A DNA stretch of 36,554 nt from Jimgerdemannia flammicorona (Eukaryota), in contig RBNJ01000213.1 of the NCBI GenBank assembly GCA_003990765.1, positions 1 to 36,554 on the forward strand, read 5' to 3'. The first letter of the stretch is position 1, and each line of letters starts with the position of its first letter. The notes beneath the pieces were generated by a model. That model ran no database searches. It was not told where the DNA came from and was given only the letters and a program-made list of their open reading frames with translations. Position numbers and translations under genes: made by a program. Shown in pieces: positions 23,983 through 33,923 of this stretch.

Positions 23983-25734
23983 TTTGAGAACTTAACTCAA
24001 AATCTATATAACTTTTTAGATAACAGAACTCAATAGATAAACTGGATATATTTAATATAGTACTAATCTCTATCACTATAGAAGAATAAATTATCAGTAG
24101 TATTAGATAGGAAGAGAAGTAATTACCTTGAGATTAGACAACCATCAACTATTAGAAGAATTCTAAGAAAAAGCCAGTATTGTACAGAATCCTTTACTAT
24201 TAGTTCAATCACTAAGTTATAGCTCTTAAATATATCAGAAGCAGCAGCAGACCTATTACTATGAGATCTGACCTGATCAGACCAACTGAATAACATTGAC
24301 TACTTTACTCAGAATTTTGATAAACTTAGATTCAATTTCTCTTAAAATTATATCTATCTTACATATTTCCATCTAAACTAGCAAACTCTCTAAGCTTTAT
24401 ACTCTCAATAATATCAAGAATTGCACCAGTATTCCAAAGAGTAGTACCAATCTTTCAACTCTCAGTATCTTAACTGAGTTTAGTATAGATATAGAAACAG
24501 ACTCAGAAAATAAAAATGAATCAGAAACAGCAATAATAAAATAATAGCACTATTACTTACATTTACAGAATATCTAGAAGAAGATCTAAGAGAATTTCTA
24601 GATACTATTAAAGGAATTATAGCTCTGAAAGATCTTCACTCAGAAGACAAATTAGTATCTTTAAAGTATAGCTAAGAGAGCCAACTAAAGAAATCTTTAT
24701 CAGAATATCAAATTATCTAAACTCTGATCTAATATAAGTTTTAGTTATTGTAAATTACTATGCAGACCAATACAAATCCATTTTTTATCAGTTAATTAAG
24801 AAGTATACAGTAATAGAAAAGAAACTATTATAAAAATAAAGATAAATTCTAGAGAATCCCTATGAGTATTCTTTATAAGAATCTAGAAGAGAATGTATAT
24901 AGCTAGATTCAGTACTTCTAACTAAGATATCATCAGTCTAATAATCTTTATAAATAGATTCCTATCAACATTACTTAATATATCTATACTTCTAATATAA
25001 ACCTAATGAATGAGTAGATACTACTTAAGAATTCTTTGATGTAAACTAAGAAATCATCTAAAATGACAACAATAAGAAAGAAGACAAGGAGGACCTCTTG
25101 ATTGAGACTCTCTAAAGAATTCTTTAAAAAAATCTCAGGGAAAAAAAACCCACAAAAGAATAGAAAAAGGATAGTAGTAAAATCTCAGATTAGCTTAAAA
25201 CTAAACCAATTAGTTAGATAAATAGAAAGACTAGATATTCACTTTTGTAAAAATAGAAGTTACCTATCTTGGGATAAAACTCAAGTTCAATGCTATAACT
25301 GCAGATAGCTGGAACACTATATCACAGAATATAACAATAGAAAAACTGATCAATGGGACTTTAAACTTCAAAATCAGAAGAATATAATTCAATATAAGAA
25401 GACTGAAGCTCATTTTATCAAATATTGCATAATTAGTGATAATGAAGACTATAGTGATCTAGATTGATATTCTGCTAAGATTAATTCTAGAAAAACAATC
25501 TACTCTATAGAGAAAAGAGAGACAAATGAAGATAGATAAGTCAGAAGGTTCAAAAGAAGAATTGTTCAAAAAGAAGAGACTGAAGATCAGATTGATACAC
25601 TCTCTCATTCCCCTTCACTCTTTATTTCTAAAACTGATAAACTATTATCTAAATCCAAAAATAAAGAAATAGAATTAGAAGAACAGGAGTCAGTAATTCT
25701 GAAATTTAAAATGAAGTATATTTTAAAGAATATA

Positions 25735-26066
25735 GTCTGCAGATTTACTAACTATTGACTTATTATATTATTGGTAAACAACTACCTGCAGACAGAATCT
25801 ACACAATCTATAACAGAATGTCATAGCACTACTGTAGACCTAGTTCTCCTTAAACAATATATAAAGAATGAACCTAGTTATTTATCAAAGTATCATCAGT
25901 CATATTAAAGTCCTATTTTTAGAGAAAGAACTAAAACCATTAGAATTGAGTGATCCAGATATAGAGAAAGATAATAGCACAGGAGCAGATACTGAAGATA
26001 CTGCCTGTTAAAAAAAAAAAAAAAAAAGATACTGAAGCTACCTAGAGATATTAGAATAATGACTAA
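25735..26066 (+). pseudogene. 3' remnant of accessory ORF3
   Basis: TTPADRIYTIY...FSLNNI*RMNLVIYQSIISHIKVLFL..DNSTGADTE matches TTAADRLYTIY...FSLNDLQRMTLPTYLSIIHQVEILFL..DDGTGIDAE. Confidence 0.8.
25987..26037 (+). mobile_element. Minimal poly(A) retroposition scar
   Basis: AGATACTGAAG + ATACTGCCTGTT + poly(A) + AGATACTGAAG (11-bp TSD); absent from the homologous ORF3 copy. Confidence 0.8.
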
Positions 26067-26105
26067 AGGATAGTCAAGAATAGACTTATCTTTAGTGAGA
26101 ACTGA

Positions 26106-26938
26106 TGTAAAAAGTGAATACTATTTTATTGCTAGATAATATACAAAAGAATACATAATGTAGTTACTCTATATAGTTACTTATATATTATAATTTGTAT
26201 AAATAACTAGATATAGCAAATTAGAACAAACTGTCGACTGAGAGAATACTTATCTCTTGAGAGAATACTTATCTTCTGAGAAAATACTTACATATCTCCT
26301 AAGGGAACACCTGTCCTCCAAGACTTTAAGTAATTATACCATTTCTAAATTAGTCTTACTATATATTGTATAATTATCCAGATAGCAACCAGATAGCAAC
26401 CACATTTATATAAAATACTCCAGAGATTTAAGTGTATAAACCTCAGTCAGAAAAGTCAAAGAAAAGTAAAAGTCAATTGTCTGTTATACTTAGGAGAAAG
26501 GTCTGTCAAAAGCCACTTGATTTAGAAAGGATTACAATACTTCAGAGATATATATACCAATGACCCACTACTAAGAAGTTGAGAGCTTTATTTCTTTTCC
26601 ACTCTAGTCTACTTTTCAATATAGAAGTTAGCTGATTTTGGTCTACTTATCATATTAAGCCTAAAGAGAAGTCTGCTACATTTTGGTCTACTTGCCAGAT
26701 GAGGCCTGAAGATTCACTGCCAAGTTTAGGTGAAGAACTTAGTTGCTATTTTGAGAAATTCACTGTTATACAGAATCTGCACTAATTAGGAAATCACCAA
26801 AATTATCTACATTATGTGTTCAAGATAACTCACACTTTTGGAAACTGAACATTTGTCACTTTTTGACAAAGTAACTGGGGGCTAAAGCCAACTCACATAG
26901 CTGCCCACTTTGTAATTTTATTAAGCCAGCACATTACA
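26106..26938 (+). repeat. 3' LTR (833 bp)
   Basis: TGTAA...TTACA after the PPT-like TTTAGTGAGAACTGA; collinear with the 5' LTR. Confidence 0.88.
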
Positions 26939-27199
26939 ATAGATACATACTTCCCCATAGATTTATGTACCATCTATGTTATTTTCTGCATTATCTAGCT
27001 TCAGTTTTAAATCTAAATTTGCATGTTGGGTGTGGATATTTTCAGTCAATTTGCGAGCCATTCGTTTGTGTTCCCGACCGACTGGTGGGTTTCATTAAAT
27101 GATGGCAAACACCTGTAGATTGATGAGACGATGCTTTTTTGGCTGCCTCGCGATGGTCAGGTCAAACGTTTTGCGGGATGGTGTTAAGGCAGCTGAATA

Positions 27200-27600
27200 C
27201 TATAGAGACGCTTGCGCCATTTTTGACAGCGAAAAACGCGTGTTAATGGTTCTTTCGTTGTCACGTTGTTGACGCGTCTTTGAGAGCGCGCTTTGAGGGG
27301 TTTGGATGTCCGATTTTGAACAATATATTACGGAGGAATCTACACCTGATTTGGCGATGACGGAGATGGGTTTATGTTGCAATGTTGCTTTTTAAAACTT
27401 AATACCGAAAGTTTTCGGCAATACATTTTGTAGATGTGGAGAGTAAAAAATGGTAGGGGCCAAATCGCGTACAATCACAAGCCCTTTTTGAAACCGTTGT
27501 GAATCTCTCTACAAATAGGTTAAATTTAACCCCTTGTCAAAAAGTAGTTTGATATTAGGATTTAATCCACCAATTTTTTTTTGACATACAATACATAAAA
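27200..27600 (-). pseudogene. Degenerate paralogue of 19300-19740 (coding start plus upstream DNA)
   Basis: Shared blocks GATGTGGAGAG(C/T)AAAAAA, AAGCCC..TTTGAA, AATCTCTC, ATTTAACCC, ACATACAA in the same order, plus peptide similarity. Confidence 0.55.
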
Positions 27601-28597
27601 AACATAAAAATAGGAATAACACGCGTCGGTCTACGCATTGGATGCATCGGGAATGTCCTGCTCCTCGACGGTGCAGGTACCGTTGTTGTTGGCGACCTCG
27701 TCATCACTTTCATTTAGTAACATCTGCGCCTCTCCAATGTCTAGCCACACCCTCTGAGCACTTACGTACCATTATCCATCTCTTCCCTTTCAAGCAATGA
27801 GCATAGTACAAGCAACATCCCTAAGTTCTCATTTCCCAGCTCTTGCTCTTAAAATAAATACATCTCTTCTTCATCCACCACCTATGCTCGTCTTATTTAG
27901 TTCCTTCGCATCTCTGCTCGCCTCCACCTTCCACACTCCCTACCACCGTATCCCTCATGCAGCCCCGTATTTCACACATTCCACCCTCTCCAAAAAATTG
28001 ATTACTGTATCTCAAATACTCACTGTCTGTTGCATAACCAGCCTTCGCCTTTGCCTCTGGCAGGAATTTTGGCTCGGAAAGCTGCCACTGTTAGGAAGGT
28101 GTCGGAGTGACTGTACTCATTCCGCTGCTGTCGCTTCTGCGCCCATTCAGCTGTCGTTCCCACCATATCCTGGCTTTTTTCCTTCACGCCGTTGTCCACC
28201 TCGTCATGAGAACTGTGACCAAGTCCTCCGAGAATGTGTGCCCCTCCCCACAGACCGGATAATTTTACAGCGCTCACAAGAGGCTCGCAAATGTGCACTA
28301 AGGTGAGGTCGAGTATGGTGGTGATGAAGTAGGAGGAAAAATTTTTTATGAAATTTCCACAAAACCAATGAAAAAAGACATACCGTGACTGCAAGCTTCG
28401 CCCCCGCGACATAGTTGACGAGCGACCAGGGGGGAATGGATTTGTTCCTAGACGCATGCCAAACACAAGACCCCACCCGAGTGTTCTGAAATTCTGGCAT
28501 ATGTCAACCTTTATACTTCATGACTTTGTGGTATGTACAATAAAACGCATGGGGGATAGATTCTGCACATTGCCACATCATTTAAATACTTAGATAC

Positions 28598-28754
28598 TGT
28601 TGAAATATCTTAGTTATAGCAACTTGATAGGTGGTGGTGCAGCCTGACTACATCATCTCTGTAAACATCATTAGCACGCATAAAAGCACATAAGCTAGTA
28701 TCAATCAACAATGCTCTTTCTCTCTACCTGTCTTTTTCCAAGTATTCTACAACA
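28598..28754 (+). repeat. 5' LTR of Copia-B (157 bp)
   Basis: TGTTG...CAACA inverted termini. Confidence 0.9.
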
Positions 28755-28757
28755 AAA

Positions 28758-28769
28758 GGTTATGAGCCC
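28758..28769 (+). promoter_or_regulatory. Primer-binding site, internal (half) initiator tRNA-Met type
   Basis: GGTTATGAGCCC 3 nt after the LTR, the PBS type used by yeast Ty5 and Drosophila copia. Confidence 0.85.
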
Positions 28770-31700
28770 AACTTAGTGGATATCCACCTCTCTAACATAT
28801 ATACTACACTATATAAAGAAGATGTCAAACCTACCAGATATGTCAAACATGAGCCTGCCAAGTAGTACAAGTGGAACAGAACCCAGAATGAGTACCAGCA
28901 GTGTAAGCACACCTATTATAACAGTCACAACTACAACCAATTATGTAGTAGTACCAATAATAATAAAGAGGATGATTTCTGTCTTTGATAGTAAGGATTA
29001 TACTATACAGGAATACTATATGAAGAATCTCTTAGAAGAATGTGGTCTGGAGGACTACTGTAAGCCACAGAAACAAATAACAGGATATTATACTATAAAG
29101 GATTGAAGAGTGCTAAGGAAGATTACATTCATTCTTTCAAATATACAAAATAAAGTCATAATTAATACTATAATAGCAAATGAAGTCTGGGAGATCTTAT
29201 ACAATCACCACCAATAGGCATCTATGTCCAACAGATTTCACCTGAAAGTGCAACTGTTCAATCTCCAAATGAAGTCCAAGAAGAGTATCTGGGACTTCAC
29301 TAATCATATTAATAATCTGGTGAATCAAGTAAATTTATACTAGCAGATACTATCAAAGATGAAGACAAGGTCCTGGTCCTTATATATAGTTTTCCCAAGG
29401 TGTACAACATGGTTGTTGCCACTATAAGGAAATCCAGCAAACTATCAGACTATAAGTATGTTATTATAAGTCTTTTAAATGAGAAATTAAGACTGAGTAG
29501 CAATGATAATAAAGAAGAGGAGAAAGAATTTTATGGAGTATGTAGACAAGACAAAGGTAAGCTGAAAAAATGACAAAGCCAGCAGTACAATAGTCAGTAC
29601 AATAGTTAGTATATTACTCAACAAGCTAAATTTGATGATAAATGCTTTTACTGTAATAAGTATAGATACTATAAGCAGAAATATAACTATAAACAAAAGA
29701 AAAAAGATGAGCAATGTGAGCAGGTAAATGTTATAGATACTAACAATAATGGTAGTAGAGATCTATTCTTTACAGAGAGAGATATAGGAGGGAATTTAGA
29801 AAACATTTTTATACTGACAAAAAATGGTCCAACTCCTAGTTTCACTAGTTTTAGCACTAGCACCAATGTAAGCTATATGTCTAGCAGTACTAATATATAT
29901 AGTGAAGAGATCTGGCTTATAAATTCTAGTATAATACAATATATAATAGTATACTGTGAGTAGTTCTCTATATATGAGAAGTTTGAGTACCCTGTACCTA
30001 TCAAATTAGGCAATAATAATATCATCTATATATAATTTCAGTATATACCTATATGGGAATATTGATGAACCTTTAGGCATCTTTGTGGACATACTATATA
30101 TACTAGATATAAGTAAGAATCTCTTGATAGGCCAGATAATGGCTTGAGGAGATAAAGGAGTAAATATATATCTATATAAATGGTATAATAGTAATCTATC
30201 TAAAGAATAATAAAAAGTTAATATATATATCAAAAAGAGAAACCTATATGTAATTAATAGTATATACATAAAGTGATATAATATCTTTATATTCTGTAAC
30301 TATAAAGAGAGAATCTCTAGTGTATATAGTATAAATTCGTAGGACATATTGGTAAGATAAGCCTAGAATAGGTGATAAAGAGTAAATCTATATACAGATT
30401 ACTGAACTATATACTACTAGATTTTAGCTTTTGTAATAGATATTTTGCAAATAAGGCTTTCAAGTAACTTTTTCGGAAATAGATAAAGTAAGTAGCCAGT
30501 ATTCTTAATCTGATATATATGAATATCTGTAGTATGAGAACTTTAATATATTCTTGAAAGAGATACTATATTATCTTCATTGATGATTATACTTACATAG
30601 CCTATATATACTTCCTTATAGTAAAGAATGAGATATTTGAAAAATTCTAAAAATTCATGATAATTATAGAGAATGAAACAGGATATAAGATACAGACCCT
30701 ACACTTAGATAATAGTAAGAAATATATCAATAAAGCCTTCAGAGACTTTTTGAAGAAGTATGGTATCTAATATTTTATAATAGCTCTCTATATACCTGAA
30801 TAGAACAATGTGGCAGAATACTTTAATTAAACAATAGTAGAGATGGCTCAAATAATGATGAATATGGCCAGCTTACTATACTCCTTTTAGGTCAAAGTAG
30901 TGAATACAGCAGTATATATCCAAAATTATTGTATTTTTCAAGCTCTAAGTAAGGATTCTAGTAGATCTAGCAAATAATTAATAATTCAGAAATGATACTT
31001 ATCTCATCTCTGAAGAATTGTGGAGTGGATCCAAGCTTGACATTTTGCCCCTATTAATATTTGAAAGTAAGGCTTATATCTTGGATAAGGGTAGTAATAG
31101 AGGCAAATTTAAGCCTAAAATAAATAAGTATATATTTCTTAAATATAATAGAGCAGTATATAGATTACGAAATCTACAGAAATATTATATCATCATCTCT
31201 CATAATATTCAATTTAAGAAAAAGACCAAAGAGCAGGAAATTTACATAGAAATTCCTATCTCTATCAACTTGATGATATAGCCTAAGATATTCTGTTCAA
31301 ACAAAATTATATAAACTATACTGATATATACTTATGAATATGTCTATATAGCAATAACTGGTGAACCAGCAAACTATGATGAAGCCATATACTCAGATGA
31401 TAAAAAGGAGTGAAAAAAGACTATAGATGAGGAGTATAGTTCACTTAGCAAGAATGATACCTGAGATTTGATCTCTCTTCTGGCAGATAAGTAAGCTATA
31501 GGATCTCACTTAGTATATAAAATCAAACATAATAACCTTAGTGATATAGAGCAGTATAAGGTCTGATTTGTGGCAAAGGGGTATTTATAAAGATATGATA
31601 TAGACTATAATGAGACCTTCTTCCTGGTATTCAAGTTTATTTCACTTAGAATACTTCTTATAATCAGAGCCAAATATAACTATAAAATATATCAAATGGA

Positions 31701-31950
31701 TATTAAAACAGCCTTCTTGAACAGTAATATAGATATGGAGCTATATGTTCATCAATTATAAGAATATGAACTATATAATGATGAGCAAAAGGAGCTTATA
31801 TATAAGTGATATAAAGGTCTCTATAGCATCAAATAAGCAGTAAGACTGTGGAACCAAAAAATCAATAAATATCTCTTAGATAACAGATTTAAATATTGTA
31901 AGACTGACCTACATATATATATCTAGCATACATTTTCATAAATAATATAT

Positions 31951-33371
31951 TGTAATGTGCGTGGCTCAATAGAGGCAAATTACAAGGTTGGGGGTTGATG
32001 TAGTTTGGCTTGAGCCCCCAGTTACTTTGTCAAAAAGCAACAAAATGTTCTAAGATTCCTGAGGTCCTTGGTATTTAGTGGTATAATAGTCAAGCTGGAT
32101 ATCTGTGAGCGATTTGTATGTCGATTTCCTAATTGGGATGGTTCTCTGGGTGTAGCAGCGATTCGGGTGTATGTGTGTGTGTGAACAGGTTTCCTTCTTG
32201 GGTCAACTGGGAATGGTAGAATTTCGTGTGTAGCATGACGATCTCTGTATGTAACAGTCTAGCAATTTAGCGGTTCTCCTTCTTGGGTGGCAGGCAATTT
32301 CTGTGTAGCACGACGATCTTGTGTGGCAATTTAGCAGTTCTCCTTCTTGGGTGGTGGGCGATTTCTGTATAGCATGATGGGTTCCTTATGTGGGATGTTC
32401 TGATAATTTGGTGGATAACTCGATTTGGCTCACAGGGAATTGTACTGGCGGCGGATATCTTAATTACTCAGGCTCACTGGGAACAATGGATAACTTCGGA
32501 TAGTATGGATAATTCAGACAACTGGGAATACTACTTGAATGGTGTGAGTTCTTCCGAATCGGGTTCTTCTGGGAATACAATGGCGTGGATTCTTCCTGAA
32601 TCAGCAGCTTCAACTGGGAATATGGCAGTTAACTTGGAAATGGTAGATGATACAGATTCTCCTAAATCGGCAGCTTCAACTGGGAATTAACTAGGATTCT
32701 TGGCAAGTTATGTCAAAGACTGGCTTCATTTGTGCAAACAGGTCACTGCAAAGTTGTATCAGGAACTGGCTTGTGGCAAGAAAGGCGGGCTCTCTGGGAA
32801 TGCAGTGAAGTTCTTTCTTGAACTTGGCAGAAAACTGGGATTCTTCAGGCTTATCTGGCAAGCATACCAAAAATGATCTCATTCTTTATATTGGAAAGTG
32901 GACCGGAGTAGGGGAAATAAGCTCACAATCTCCTAACAGTAGCTGTAGAGTTCCTCTTGAAGTGTGTTAGGCAGACTTATCTTTTGCTTCAATTTCGGAC
33001 TGAGGTTTATTCACTCTTATCTCTGAGGTAATTTATACAAGTTGGTTACTATCTGGTTGCTATGTGGCTAACTATAGATTTACTACTTCTGGTAATGCTT
33101 GGGTGTGTCCTCTGGGTACAGGTGTGTCCACAGGACATCAGTGTGTCCACAGGACATAAGTGTGTCCGCAGGACATAAGTGTGTCTGCAGGACATGAGTG
33201 TGTCCTCAGGATACAGGTAAGCAATCCTGATCTGGTGTCTGGGCTAATTATAAGTGTGGTGGGCATGGGTAACTATGATACACTGGAAGTCACATCATGC
33301 TGAGTAAGTATGCTAATTGTTCACATCATCTGGCTAAGTTATAATTCAGGTAGCACGTTTGGTCTGTTACA
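31951..33371 (-). repeat. 3' LTR, 1421 bp, with several internal tandem repeats
   Basis: TGTAA/TTACA termini; PPT CAGTGGGGGCTGA at 33372-33384; ~19-bp repeats (GTGTGTCCACAGGACAT) at 33102-33217; ~60-bp repeats at 32190-32380. Homologous to the LTRs at 23130 and 26106. Confidence 0.93.
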
Positions 33372-33410
33372 TCAGCCCCCACTGAAGGGTAGTCTGTCCC
33401 AGACTATTCT

Positions 33411-33923
33411 TCAGTCATCATCCCAATAGGCATAAGCAGCTTCTGCATCTATACCTGTTCCATCATCATCATCTGAGCTACAGTCACTCCATTCTGGGGG
33501 TTCCTCTTCTTTCTTGAGAAATAGGATTTCAACTTGGTGAATGATACTGAGGTAGGTAGGCAGTGTCATCCTCTGGAGGTCATTCAGGGAGAACTGGGCC
33601 TGGATTAAGGCAGAGGGGTTTCATTTGTAGATTGTGTATAGTCTGTCTGCAGCAGTAGTATTCCTTCTGTTCAGGCCAGTAGTGTTACGGACATAGGCTA
33701 GGTCTGGGAGGGGAAGATTCTGCAGTTGTTCTCAAATTGCATAGTATGCCTGCAGCTGGTGGACCTAGAGTAGCCTCTCAGCCAAAGTGAGGTTCTCTTG
33801 ATGAACTCGGATTTTCTGAAGATATGTTCCATTGGATTCCCGGAACTGAGGCAGGGGAACTGGTAGGGCTTGGAGGGAACTGAGGTCAAGAGTTTGGAGG
33901 CAGTTGTCAATTCTCTGGTTCAT
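33411..33923 (-). pseudogene. 170-codon accessory ORF3 between integrase and PPT
   Basis: ATG 33923 overlaps the pol end by 17 nt. One frame MNQRIDNCLQ...EEEPPEWSDCSSDDDDGTGIDAEAAYAYWDDD* with three stops (TAG, TGA, TGA), each one C>T from CAG/CGA. Confidence 0.85.

Larger units (their letters stand above)
23130..26938 (+). mobile_element. Internally deleted Ty3/Gypsy element (LTR-gag-partial ORF3-PPT-LTR, no pol)
   Basis: Two LTRs; TSD ATAG (23126-23129, 26939-26942). Gag FTEYLEEDLREFL (~24560) and knuckle CYNCR*LEHY (~25291). PPT region matches that of the element at 31951-36326. Confidence 0.9.
28598..31950 (+). mobile_element. Degenerate Ty1/Copia element (Copia-B), cut in RT by the Gypsy insertion
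   Basis: LTR and PBS; gag from 28822; knuckle CFYCNK; PR IWLINSS; IN YYIIFIDDY, TLHLDN, PE*NNVAE; RT EPANYDEA, FVAKGY, QMDIKTAFLN. Domain order PR-IN-RT. Confidence 0.95.

Noticed and set aside
27797..28500. Overlapping 98-169 aa ORFs, one with a signal-peptide-like MLVLFSSFASLLAS
   Set aside because: No recognisable domain and ORFs on both strands; may be a pseudogene, but no product can be supported.
33102..33217. Short regular repeats (also 6400-6530, 23260-23350) as CRISPR-like arrays
   Set aside because: Head-to-tail repeats without unique spacers, inside LTRs, in a eukaryotic context with no cas genes.
33411..33923. ORF3 as an env gene or chromodomain
   Set aside because: No hydrophobic signal or TM segment, and no EYEVE/YLVKW pattern, unlike the real chromodomain at ~17240-17395.
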